A DNA stretch of 49,517 nucleotides from Halocafeteria seosinensis (taxonomy: Eukaryota). The notes below the pieces were generated by a model that worked only from the letters and a program-made list of their open reading frames with translations, did not search any database and was not told the DNA's origin. This document shows, one piece after another, positions 13,636-25,929 of this stretch. Position numbers and translations under genes: made by a program. The DNA lies in the NCBI GenBank assembly GCA_001687465.1, contig LVLI01000591.1, forward strand, positions 1 through 49,517. The letters run 5' to 3'. Position 1 is the first letter of the stretch, and the number at the start of each line of letters is the position of its first letter.

Positions 13636-14298
13636 ATGGAGAAGCAGTCCGCCAAAAAGACGGCTGAGCAGGGCCTGGAGGAGGAGGAGCATTATAGGCC
13701 GCCACCGATGCAATGGGACACTCTAGCCTCTCTTACAGCATGGAGTACACTCAAAGGAACTTTAGTTGGGGGCGTCTTAGGCGCTGGGGGACGAGCACTG
13801 ACAGGACCTTCGACAGTGGTGTTGGGGCAACCTCAAGTCGCCCGGCAATTATTACGTACGTACAATGCTATATTATGGAATAAATAGTGAATTTGATGAT
13901 GGCACGTCCTTCGGATGCAGTCAAGGAAGCTTCCAGTGCTGGGATGAGAATTGGCGGTGTTTTTGCACTTTACACTTCCACGCGGTGTCTTGCGGAATGG
14001 GGTGTTGGATTACCATCAGCCGGACCTTTAGTTGGAGGAGCCATAGCCGTAGCTACCCCTTACGCCTTCAGGTAAGCCACACCTGAAACAAATCCATGTT
14101 TGTCAAACACACGCGTTTTCAATTTGAACTCGCAGTTCGAATCGCCAAAACTTCCTGGAGTCTCAATTCAAACATGCATTTCGAACAAAGGCTACACTGC
14201 TCGGACGAACAGGTGCTGTGGGTAGCGCTGCCGTATCGGGAGCCGTAATATTTGGCACTGTAGAATATATTTTACGCGCGGTTGGGTTGAATTGGTGA
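13636..14298 (+). CDS. Small Gly-rich multi-TM protein, possibly Tim17/Tim22/Tim23/PMP24-like, 3 exons
   Basis: Introns 13856-13887 and 14072-14135 give one open frame. It has GxxxG-rich helices: GTLVGGVLGAGG, AGMRIGGVFALYTSTRC, GPLVGGAIA, GSAAVSGAVIFG. The family call rests on pattern only. Confidence 0.6.
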
Positions 14299-14721
14299 AC
14301 TCGCAAAGTTTGAACCTAAGTCGAAACTGGCGTCGAGATAAGAGCCTAAGCGAAGTATCTGTAAATGTATTGAACAACTGAGTTTTGGAGTGGATGAAGC
14401 AACGTTGCGTAAGAAAACCTCTTTTTCATGAAGCTAAATGCTTGGCATCTGTAAGTAAACGTCGCTTCTATGGCCTTTTTGGTGGTGCCACAGGATGCTG
14501 ATGGGCTGGAGGCACAAAGTCAACGCCAACGCCGCCCAGCATCACAAAAATGTGCACATATGGTGCGACGGGAAAGGATATAGAAAGATGTACAAGAACT
14601 ATTATTTATCTGCATTGTGTTATTTCCATATGTTAATTCCCACATCCACGCTACGTTATCTCTCTCAAGAGAGTGTATGAAACACCGAGCTAACACGTGT
14701 ATATTGGTCAAGAGTGGTTCA

Positions 14722-16669
14722 TCACATTTCTTCTTCATCGTCACCTGCAAACAATTCGTGCTCACTAATTCTTGTAGGCATATTTTGAGATGAATCTGCG
14801 GTAGGAACATTAGCTTCATCCGTAGCACCTGGTGTAGATGAAGAGGCAGTGGGGGTATTTCGATTAGTAGGCTTAGAAGACGAAGCCATCTTCCGCTGCC
14901 GTGCACTCTTCCGTCTTTCCAGGCGTCTGCGAGAGATTTCTGCCTTTGTAGCCGTGGGATCTTCCTCGGTCACACCCGCTGTTCTTTCGAGAAATTCGTC
15001 TTCTTCGTCAGGTAGCCATTGACGGCGCAAACGAAATGCATCAGTCGTGTGGTCCCGCATTGGAATTTTCGCACACTCAATGCGTGCCTGCATGGGGGCA
15101 AAGCGTATAACCTTGCTTTCGTCATCCCATCTAAACAGAAGGTGCTCATCGACTTGTTCTGCCGATTCACCCCGACGACGAGCTTCTTCCTCACTAATAG
15201 CTCTGTTGGCGGCATCTCTCCTTCGGCGTCTGAATGTCTTCACCGTCAAATTATAGTCCCTGCACGCCCGTAAATATAACTCTTCATTCGTATCCATAAA
15301 TTCTTCAAACGGTTCTGCGTGTTCAGCGGGTATATCTTCACTATCCGGCATAAGCAAGCTTCCCCGAAGCCCCTCGGCTTCCGACTTGGGATCCTCCCGT
15401 GGGGTTCGCAGCACAGAGTGACGCATTCTGCGGGAAGGCACTTCTGTCTCAACGTCTGCAGCGTTCCTTCCACTCCTTCGTGGATCTGTGCGGTATATCT
15501 CTGTAGGAGCTTCTGGATTCTCGACTCCTCCTTCTTTTTCGGGGTCCGTGTCAAATGTGACGCTCACATTGTGAAGACCCCACATGTATGGATCAGGCAG
15601 TACCTCCCACACACCCACCGGGGTAAGATCTTTCCGTGTTGGATGTTCAAGGGGAGCGTTCGGGCCAACAGCCTCGAAAGAATCTTCGATTCGTTCCTTC
15701 CTGGTCTTATTCCCGTGCAAAGCCTCTGTCTCACGTAACCGTTGACTCAAAACATTGGAAGCATACTGTTTGCTATCGGCATGTCGATATACATTTTCAA
15801 ACACATCCGCATGAATCATTGGCGAATGTCGTAACCAATCAACGTGACTATCAATCTGTCGTCGTCGCGTCTTGCTATCCTCCTTTGGAGGTTGCGCATA
15901 TTTGTCACTGGTGATCTCCTGATCCAATGGATCTAGAGGAGGTCGTTCTGTCTCATTAGGAGCTGCAAGCACACATACACACACAGAAACAAACAATAGA
16001 TCATCTTCAATTTTTAATTCAAAAGAGAAAACAAAAAAATCTGGCTAAATGCGTACCTTCGTAAAAATTGGGGTCAATAAGGTCGAGGAGCACTCCCAAG
16101 TCGGGTTCAGCATGCAGTTCCCAGGCATGTGTCGCTTCCACGTACGGCTCATGAAATAAGTCATATTTGTAAAGACTGCAAGTATATAACCAAATCATGT
16201 CAGGTCGACGCCCTTCCCCAAGACATATAAGTGCAATAATAGAATTACGTACTCATCTGGTTGCTTGGGTAATCCAATAAATTTCGGGTCCACAGGGACA
16301 TCCGGCAGACTGCACACCACGACGACACAAATGATAATAATACAATGCTTTAATGACCACGACCTTTCTTATCATCAGTTTGAATGAAATATGCTCTGTA
16401 TACACCACATACTCATTGGAGAATCGGATCGGTGTAGCCAGGCTATTCTCCTTTCTCAAGTTATTCAGACCTTCCATACCACTCTTGGCCACTCCTCCGG
16501 GCCGACTGGAAGCAGTCCGACCACCTGTAGAGTCCCCGTGGCTTCGGGAAGAGGAGGAATGGCCTCCTGAAGACCTTGATTTTCGATGTTGACGGCCCGA
16601 TTTTCTGCTCCCATTTTCTCCTCCATTCGGCGCTGCATCAGCCGCTGCAGACGCAGAACTGGAAGACAT
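14722..16669 (-). CDS. PAF1: RNA polymerase II-associated factor 1 (PAF1 complex subunit), 4 exons
   Basis: Introns 16310-16412, 16176-16252 and 15963-16056 yield IRFSNDLPDVPVDPKFI…ELHAEPDLGVLLDLIDP…PPLDPLDQ…VDWLRHS…IEDSFE…HPTRKDLTPVGVWEVLPD. These are Paf1 family motifs. Confidence 0.9.
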
Positions 16670-18753
16670 TTTGATAGACTGTCACAGAGGGGAAAATGAC
16701 CTCGAAAGGAGGCTATTACAGGCGCTATTAACCCTGGGAAAAGGAGATTCATTAAATCTGTCTAGAATCGAACAATCTTTTCGTCAACAATTCTGAACGA
16801 AAAGTTTGTTCGATTTCCTTGGACGGGAGATCATCTTGTGGGCCTGTATTGTCCTCCATAGGAGGTTATATAGCCCCCCTCCGAAGGTATATGTAAAAGA
16901 AATTGTATTCCATTTTTTTCCCCTGAGCCACTTCTTGGGCTCTTGAGGAAGAGGGAGACAATTCGAAGGTCTAAAATGGGAGGGTGTCACCCGGACATTG
17001 TGATGCATTTGGGGCCTTTTATACCCTTTATCATGCTTTCTAAGGACATCCGTCGCTCTCCTACCCACGCAAGATACAGTATCTAACTGGCATCGTCCAG
17101 TTCATTGCTGGGAAATGAATGAAAAGTAGGTGAAATGGGCATATTGTCTTTCCCTTTTGTTGTCCATGTTCTCCCCTTTTGGGGATATAAAGCACTTTTC
17201 CAGTGTATTGGACCAAGAGAATGCATTCTCAAAGGATACGAGAGGTCGGCGTGTTGGTGTGGTTGGCAGTGATGATACTGTGTTAATTAACCAGACGCTG
17301 ACATCAGCGATGATGTTATTTTCAACACACTTCTATACACCACAACCCATAGTCTGAGCCACCGCATCGAATTGGGTTGATTTATGTTGATTGCTGGGGC
17401 TGGCTGTTTTTTTTCTTTCTTGCGTTTGGTGTCGTCAGAAAAAGATAAAACAGGATGCAGTGGTAGTGGCACACGGCAGTGAGGACTCGTATCTCGAAGT
17501 TTCACCCTTAGACTCCTTGTCTGAATTGTATTGACGAAATGTGAGATTGTGTCCCTGAGCCGTACGTGTCCCCGTGTGTACACACGGATGTGTGTCTGCG
17601 AGGTAACGTGGTACTTTTTGAGGGAACAGAAAGAGGGGCCATGAGGATCTCAGTTGTAATACTTAGACTCCTTGGACTGAAATAATCTATATGCCTGTGG
17701 AAAAGTGCAACTATGCATCCTGAGCCCTAACGAAGAAGAAGTCACAAGGATTGTTTACCTGGATTTACATGTTGAAGAAGGGGTGAAGCAGTATTTCTCT
17801 AGGCGTTTTCTTGTGCCCGTCGAGGTTGCACACTCTTGCAATGACGATTGGACTAACCCAGCTCATTTCGACTTCTCGGATGAAAAGACCAGTTCCTTTA
17901 TATACTGAGCAAGTGTGCGAATCGAATGAATGTTTTGTGTGACGAACGGAGCAGAGTATGTTTTGTGCTCTGATAAACGAGACATATTCCCTGCTTGCGT
18001 TCAATAAGAATCCCTCAAGAGTCACTTTGCATTCTTAATGGGCTACCTATAATTTCTTGTGGAATATTAGCAGTAGATCTGTTCCTATGAATGCCATTCA
18101 ACTCTTGTACATTGTTATCTTTTTGCAGGTGGCTCTGTTGTCTCCAGTACATATTTCTGCTCTTACCGGCTGAAGGAACATGGAAGAGGTATGTAGCCTA
18201 ACTGTGGTAGTGCGCAACACCAAGCATGAGTTGACTGCTAGGATTTCCCACGACAATTTATCATTGTCCCTAGTACGTGCTTTACGCTTGGGATATAAAT
18301 ATGTGGCCCATTAGCATCAGCTAGTGGCCCCTGGCATCCTTTGTGGGAAAGCGTTCTGTTTTCTCCTGAGGCATGTTCAAGGGGTTTAGCCTGCGCGGTC
18401 CCTTAAGGCGTCTCCTTATGTTTGGTATTTTTGCAATACCGAAACCACCATTCTGGTGGTCCTCCAAGGAGTTACCGAGTCATTACTGCGCTACATTGCT
18501 CACTTAATTTTGTCTGCTTGCTTGTTTTTTACAGGTTTCTTCTTTGTCACAGTGTATTCGTTAAGGCGACACGCAACAGTGATTTTTGTCACTACCATTG
18601 CCGTCCTACAAGTAGAGTACAACTACATATCAGTATCGCTCTGTAGCATTTGAGAACAACACAAAATAAAAGCTGAAGGTAGAGCTAGTGACTTGAAGGC
18701 CTATACGTATATTGTTTGCGCGGTCGGCGTTCGACTAGCGATCTACTCTTCAA

Positions 18754-20192
18754 TTAAAGTGCTATTCCCCTGTCCCCGGAAAACCAACCAGGCCCCGTCA
18801 TTATGTCGGAATGATCAAAAGGATTGGGAAGTTCCTTCTCGAAATCGAACATGCTACTAACACTCTGTGCGTCGTCATCATCAATCATATCACCAAGTGG
18901 AAGTCCAGGACCTGAGCTCCCTGTGGTCCCGACCTCCGTATGCGGAGAGTGAGACGGTTGCCCAACTGTTATCGGATCACTGAAATACTGTCCGTGATAT
19001 GAAGTGAAGCGCGGGTCGTGTTTGTCAGAAATCCCACCCTTGGCTTCCTCTTCATCAGCGTTTAATTCAAGCGGCTTCAGCAAATCTCCTTCGAACGGGT
19101 CTTGTGTAATATTCGTTTCCCCATTCATCTGAAGAGGCGAGGCATAGCGGACGCTCTCGCCATGAGAGGCAGGAAATTCAATTCCGCTTCTAGGGAAGGA
19201 CATAGTTCTTCCGTGTTTGACAATTGCAAAATGGTCACTTCCAAGTCCCCCGTCAGTCTCCGCTCGTTTTCTCTTTGGAAAAGTACTACGCGTAGGCACT
19301 TTCACTGTGGTGGTCATACTGACCGCCTTTCCTTTCTCTTCGCTCACCGGGGTTTCTTCCGGTCTCCTTGAAGGGCAAATTGCAAAGTGAGAGGAGCTTA
19401 AGGTCGTCTTCTGCTTTGGAAACACTACGATACGCGTCGAATCCCTTGCAGGTTCTAATGTCTTCTGATCCTGCTTGTCTTCCTCCTTCGTCGGACTGAA
19501 AGGGGGTGCAACCACTTGCGTATTCCCGTCATTTCCTTCTGCAGGAAACACGTCGGGAGAATGGCGCTGGGGATCGTTCTGCGGAGACTCTTGCTCTTTT
19601 TGCATGTGCGAGCGCTGAAAAACATTTTGATGGGACAGAAAAAGATCATCATGTTGAGCATATGCACTGCACTCATCCACATATCAAGACGAAGAAACTT
19701 ACAGTGGGCGTAGATGCACTACTGCTCTTGGGCGACGAAGATGTGGAAGGAGACGAGGAAACACTCGAACTTCTCGATTTTGGGAAGGTCACAATCGATT
19801 GTTTCTGTGCGTACCGTGCCCAATTGAATTTTCGTAATGAATTCAAACATGAGGTATCAAAGTATTCCCACCAAGCCTTACTTTGGAAGAAATACTGGGA
19901 ATTCCCTTTGGTTTTTGGTCTCCCTTGTACATGTCCTTGTTCAGTTTGACAAAGTACTTTTGCGCATGCGTGCGTATTTGCACGATACTTCTCGTGGGAA
20001 TCATATTACCTATCTTCTTCCAGTCCTTTCCATACTTCGTTAAACCATCGACGAATGCCTGATGCTCTTCCGCCGTCCATCGGCCTGCAGTTCAGTCCAC
20101 AGCTCATTACACTACGGTTGGAGACACCATTCGATAGCGATAAAGACGGCGAATTTACCTGTATTGACGTCTGGGTTCTTGGAGCTCCCCAT
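18754..20192 (-). CDS. Single-repeat Myb transcription factor, SHAQKYF class, 4 exons
   Basis: ATG at 20192, with introns 20085-20158, 19805-19881 and 19615-19702. Product: NTG|RWTAEEHQAFVDGLTKYGKDWKKIGNMIPTRSIVQIRTHAQKYFVKL, followed by a long disordered acidic C-terminus (ORF 18754-19680). Confidence 0.92.
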
Positions 20193-22026
20193 GGTCTCTC
20201 AATCTGACAAAAGGAATCGGGCGGGAATCGTGTACGAAACGCTTCGTTTTCAGCTTCACAGCGGGTAGGGGGACGAAACCACGGTTTTCCTTTACTCTCT
20301 CAAAGGGTAATTCAATCAGAAAGCTACACGACACTACAGTTCGAAGTCTCCCCAAGACCTGTCGGAGCGAAAATAGCACATAGAAGGGGTGAAAACACGG
20401 AGAATACGCCTTGGGAGGCCAAAACAAGAAACTGGGAGAACTTGTCCGGATCCCTTGCCCCTCATAGCTCATGCCTTTCCACGCCGTTTTCACATACGTG
20501 TAACAGAGATCCTCATGCAAAGATTCTACTAGGGAAAGAAGGTATCGGTGCACGATGAATGCCTCCACAACAGAAGGAAAATAGAGCCGCTTTCTCAACT
20601 TCACAAAATACGCTCCCCTCCCACTCCAAAAAAGGTCGGGGGTGCTTGCTTCCCCTCGGCCTTCCCTCAGAGAGGGCTCCAGGGATACCCCGTGGGCTTC
20701 CCTTTGCTGTCCGGCGTAAAACCTTTTTTGTAGGCCCTTCACTTCAGTCTCGTCCTCACCCGCCTTGTTTCTTCAGGGACATAAAAGTCAGTTTTCTCAT
20801 GCATATTTTCGCCAGCTTCCACTAGACGCGCTCAGGAGGAACGTTTGCGCACATGATACGGGCGGCGCCGCGTCGAAAGAGGCCGTGTATGAGGTAGAAA
20901 AAGCAAGCATTCTACCAGCTTGTCACGGGGACCTTGGCGCCTACAATGTTTCTTACCTATAACGATTTCCCATGCACCATAGCTCTTTCCCTTCCACTGG
21001 TCTTCCTGTCGGTTAATGTAATAATCTGGTTTTCATCGCAGTGGATCAATACTCTTTGTTGAACCCGCTGTGGTTGGCAGAACACCCAAGAATGCGAGCA
21101 ACACTTGCCTTCTCTTTTCCGCCTTCATCACAAACAATTGGCCGACTTCACAACTCCGGCAAACGAGCTAAATAGACGGTATATTACGACGCATACCACA
21201 TGCACACACTGTGCGGGGAGATATCGTCTATCTTCGTTCAGTTGAATGTGCATTGGCACGACACGGGGAATTAAGGGATGCCATGAGAGCGTGTTCGTTC
21301 TTCGAAGAAGCAGGACGCGCTTGTTCGTTGAACCTCGCTTCCACCGTTTCGGCGCGCGCGCTCAGTTGCCGCAGTTACTCGTTTGAGTCCAGTTGCACCA
21401 AGAACGTGGGTTCTTCGCTCGTAGTATCATTTGATTGATCGGATATATTCTAACAAATACAGCTATCGGTTTAGAGATTTCACTGGTTTTTATCGATAGG
21501 TTTTGAGCTAACATGTCACTCAACGTACACGTGTACTGTAGGTAAACCCTTTTGCATTCATGTTGCATTTTCTTTCACATCACTAATCAATAATTTGGAT
21601 GTTTGCGCAGCTGGAAACATGTACCTACAATCACATTGCACCAAGTCTGCGAGCACCTACCAGTAGAGCGGTGTGAAGTGCGGTTTCGATACTAACCGTA
21701 CCGGTACACATGTACTGTACTGTACTGTACATGTGCATGTGGTGGCTTGCAGAAGTTGGATTCCCAGAACCACACACTGCAAATGTTTCCGTGCTAGGAC
21801 AAGCACAATATAGTGTGGAATACACATATCTACACACACAGGCAGAAGAATGGGGAAAGAAGACCAGGACGACCATCGCAAGCAAATTTGAAATCGGGAA
21901 CACAGTCCTTACCTATCAGTGAGGAATGCAATTGGTTGTCTCGTTACTGTTAATGACTTGACCGAGGATGCAATTGGCTGTCCATCTCTGCTGAAGATGT
22001 GGAGCAAGATCCTCCTCTAGGAACGA

Positions 22027-22874
22027 ATGACAATGACCATGGTGCTGAATCATTCCGATACAATGGAAGTACCAGTAAATGGCAACTTGGGAGTATTCCC
22101 CTGAGCTGAAGTTGGCTGCTTCTCGCAGAAGCAGTGTGGCTCGAAATCTCGAGTTGGCCAATCAAGACTCTGCTGCTGGATTGAACGCGCGAAAGTCTCT
22201 GCAGAAGAGAGTGCACCGACACAGAAGGAACTTCGGATTAAAATTCTAATGTCTGCTACACCTGTCCAAGAGCAGTACACCGCGATGTACAAGAAAACCT
22301 TTCCAGCTAAATCACCTAAAGAGTCATCTCTGAAGCAAATAGGAAATGACGAGAATTTAAAGCCCAGTGCGTATGTCCCTGACAACCAGCATTCCCAGGA
22401 CTGGCTGGAAAACCAAGCACTAAGAACAAGCCAGTCAAGCGAAGTCGATCTTCCACCGTTGCCAAAGAATCTTCGAGCCCAGCGACCATTCATAAGGCAG
22501 AAAGTTCCGTCCAACAAGTTGAAAAGAGCGCATCAAGTGTTTCCAAATGTAGCAGGTCAGCCAGCTGCGTTCCAGGAAGGAAGTCGTCGAGGATAACGTC
22601 AACTGGCGTTTCTACCGCAGGAACTGCTCGTGAAAAAGTTCGGAACATGCCGTCCAGCACTTCGAAACGCAACTTTGGATCAGGTAAACGGGGGAAGAAG
22701 CATGTGGTCGAAAGGTTCGCCAAGTATAATCCCGCGAAGAAGCGTGTGTCTTTGAAGTGGAAGGGCTACCCAGAAAGCGAAAACTCATGGGAGCCCGTTC
22801 GTTTCCTGAAGAGCGACCTTTCCGGAACATTCCAGACATTCTGGAAAGCGCTATTTCCTGGTGATAAGGGGTAG
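22027..22874 (+). CDS. Protein with Ser/Lys-rich linker and C-terminal chromodomain
   Basis: Chromodomain HVVERFAKYNPAKKRVSLKWKGYPESENSWEPVRFL at about 22700-22810 is clear. Putative introns 22075-22128 and 22367-22398 join the upstream frames into one ORF. The 5' structure is uncertain. Confidence 0.65.
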
Positions 22875-23804
22875 CGTTGCCTGGTGACGAGTAGTGATTG
22901 CGACAGTGACCGTTCTCTCAGTGAGCAGATGCCAGCCAAATCAGCCAAAGTTAGCATGTGCTAGGCAGTTGGACTTGGCCAGACCACACGCATTTTCCAG
23001 TCGAAGGACGAATTTCCGCTTTTCATGTGTCCGCATCGTATCAGCAATATTCAAACCGCATACTAGATGCTAGGCAGACGAACAAATAATGGAAGCGTTC
23101 TGTTCCAGCTGTTATGATATCTTCGAAATGGCGTTTCATTGTGTGTCCTGAGCCGTCAGTAATTTTGATTTCTCAAGTTCCTCCTTATTTATTTACCCTG
23201 TGGCAAGAAAGGTTACGAGTGTCCCTCCTGCCCTCATCATGCCCATCATGGGTCCAGCATCGCGGGTACAACCACCACTACAAGGCTGCACTCCCCTGAC
23301 AGGATCGCTATCCCACTGACTATCCGCTCTCTAAATATGTTGCCACGGCCTTTTGGAATCGAGTAGCGGACGTCAGCAAGTGCAAGCTAGTCAGCACTGC
23401 GTCTCAGCAGGCGGGCGGCTAAAGACTCCGACAGCGGGCAACCCATGTCCCCGATGGCTACGATGACTTATGTAAGAGGGTGACAGGAAATATATTCGTG
23501 CTCTTTCAGAGCCGTAAGTTCACTTGAATGTAGACTCCATCAGCCGGTACGGGTGCGCACGATCGACCGCTCTGTGGTTCGCTGGCTCTCTTCTACGTAA
23601 AGCATGGTACTTCAAGAATGGCACGACTTTCCGAGAGCCTGTAGAATCTCGCTCGCTGTTGGTTTGAATATGATTTTTTTCCTGTATAAGTGTATGTCAA
23701 TGAGTATTGGGAATGCTACCATCTGCGCATCATTCTCGTGTTATTAGCTCAGCTCGCTCTGGATTGACTTGAAGTACTCCTGCAGTGCCGCAGGCAGCGG
23801 TAGA

Positions 23805-24788
23805 ATGGAGGATTTCGTTGAGCAAGGAGGGTACGTCAATTTCTCAAAATTCAGGAAATACCTCGACGAGCAAATTGGCCAGTTGGAAAAGTACCTGATG
23901 AGAGAAAAGCCCGAAGAACTATACGTGCCATCGGACGTGGAGAAAACCATCAGAGAGTAGGTTTCGGTGTCCAGTACGGCAGTGCGAGCAGCTTCAATCC
24001 TGGTTTATGCGTGCATCATAATGCAGAGTGACAAACGAGGTTTCTTCTCCTAAAAACCGAGATGGCTATGGAGCTCAGCTACATCGCAAATTCACGCGGG
24101 TAAGGGAACTGACTTTAAGGGCTGCCATGTTGGGTACATCAGGGGAGCGTCCTCGCAGATCTTTGCGACGAGATCCTTTCGAGTATATAACACCATTCTT
24201 CAGCACTACAAAGGACCGAATCTCTTACATGCAATGAAGATACATTGGGAACGCCATTGTGCACTAAGAGATCGAGTGTGCTCGCTTCTCTACACGTTGG
24301 ACCGGGACTATGGCCTTGAATGGTGTCGCAAACCTCTGCATCTGGAAGGTATGATGCGTAAAACGTGATGCAACTGAGAGGCACAATAGGTGATAACGTT
24401 TCTTTGCTACCATATTCTAATCACGTTTCTCAGCCGATCGCCAATTCCGGAATGAGGCCTTCAACGCAGTAAAGGAGGACTTCGCTGTCGAGATTCGCAA
24501 ACAGTTTCGTAAGTGTCAAGCTGGGGAAGAAATGGAGGTGGAATTGGGACGACTTAAAGAGTAAGAGATCATTTACGCACCGTAAGCATAATTGATTTGC
24601 TAGACGTTTGCATTTTTTCGTATTCATTCAGATGTCTGGAGATCTTTAGACGGCTCGGCAAATCAGCAGAAGATGCTTATCTCCATACCGAAATCGGCGA
24701 AATACGCGACGACGTAGATATACTCGGGATAGATGACACTTGCATACCGACGCAAAGGCTTACGTTCACACGCAGGCATTCAGTTTGA
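23805..24788 (+). CDS. Truncated cullin N-terminal-domain-only protein (~232 aa), 5 exons
   Basis: Introns 23957-24026, 24100-24158, 24349-24433 and 24561-24631 (all GT-AG) give one open frame: …YGAQLHRKFTR|IF…PNLLHAMKIHWERHCALRDRVCSLLYTLDRDYG…ADRQFRNEAFNAVKEDFAVEIRKQFRKCQAGEEMEVELGRLKECLEIFRRLG. This follows the cullin repeat 1 to repeat 2 pattern (W-x2-H…YLDR-x-Y…FR…GE…LK-x2-L-x-IF-x2-LG). An alternative stop at 24835 applies if 24714-24775 is spliced. Confidence 0.75.
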
Positions 24789-25929
24789 TGACCCAGAATC
24801 CTGCCTCGCGAGCACTCCATCAACGAAAGACTTAACTCTAAAGAGTTTCAAAGAAGTGCCAAGAGTGCTTACTGACGAATCCGTCATTCTCCTAATCCCT
24901 TTTGGTACCAGACATATGAGAGAAAAACACTATGACACGGTGGGATCAATAGTGTCGGTACCTCTATTTCACTGTTTCGTCAGTGTCGTCGAAGGGAAAA
25001 GAATAGGGCTCCGCAGATTCGGCGCACGAGTAGAGTGGCTAGGCTAGTCCGAGGAATGCGGTAGTGGTACAATTGTACAGTAGTGGTAAGTTATTGGTTG
25101 ATAGTTTGAAAAACATTGTATGTAGCAGTGTATGCCCCCAGAGAACCATTACTGTACACTACCTATGTTGTTTTTCACAAGCTCCAGGTGACATCAAGAA
25201 GCAGGAATGACAATGACCGTACCATTCAAGCAGCCTGCAAATTTACAAACTTGTTGTAAACATGCACCCGTGAGTGTGTGTTTCATTATGCTTTCATACC
25301 CCTCATGGTGGCAGTGGGGCATACTGTACAGTACGTAATTTTGAAAACGGAGAACACGAAGTTACGGCTTCTCAAGCTTTGAGACACAACTTCTGGAAAA
25401 GGTGACAAGGTTATGCCACTTCAAGCTTCCAAAAGTCTTGCAAACCGCCTATCATTTATCACACAGTGTTCCAAGAGCTAGGTAGTCAACGCAGTGGTAC
25501 GAGAGACAAAAGCCGTTTGAACTTTGGATCTGACTCCTTTGGAGTTTTTCGCGTTTCAGAGTTTTGAACTTCAACTTCAACTTGCAGCGGAGAAAATGGG
25601 AAGTTCATTATGGAGAGGCATTATTCGTTCATACAAGCTAGAAAGAAGTCTTTTACCAGGTAAAAATACTCTAGGTTTGTGAATTGGTGAGCATGGTGGG
25701 GCGAAATGATCTGTGTGTAGGGAGTATAGGAGTGAATTTGTGGATTTCCCGCGTCCTCGACCCAGCATCAAAATCAAAGACATATGTTTTACGCTGTTTG
25801 CACTGCATTTTCTCACACTTTGCAAGGTTGATAGGGTAGACAAGAATATAACCGACTCTGCTGAATGGGAGTTGGAGCCGCGGAAGCCGTGGAATTAGGA
25901 GTAAATCAACGTTGTTTGTTCCCGAAACC

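Noticed and set aside
17000..18700. Several short ORFs and a ~13-bp direct repeat (CTTAGACTCCTTG at ~17507 and ~17662)
   Set aside because: No coherent spliced model, recognisable motif or terminal-repeat structure. Treated as intergenic or degenerate.
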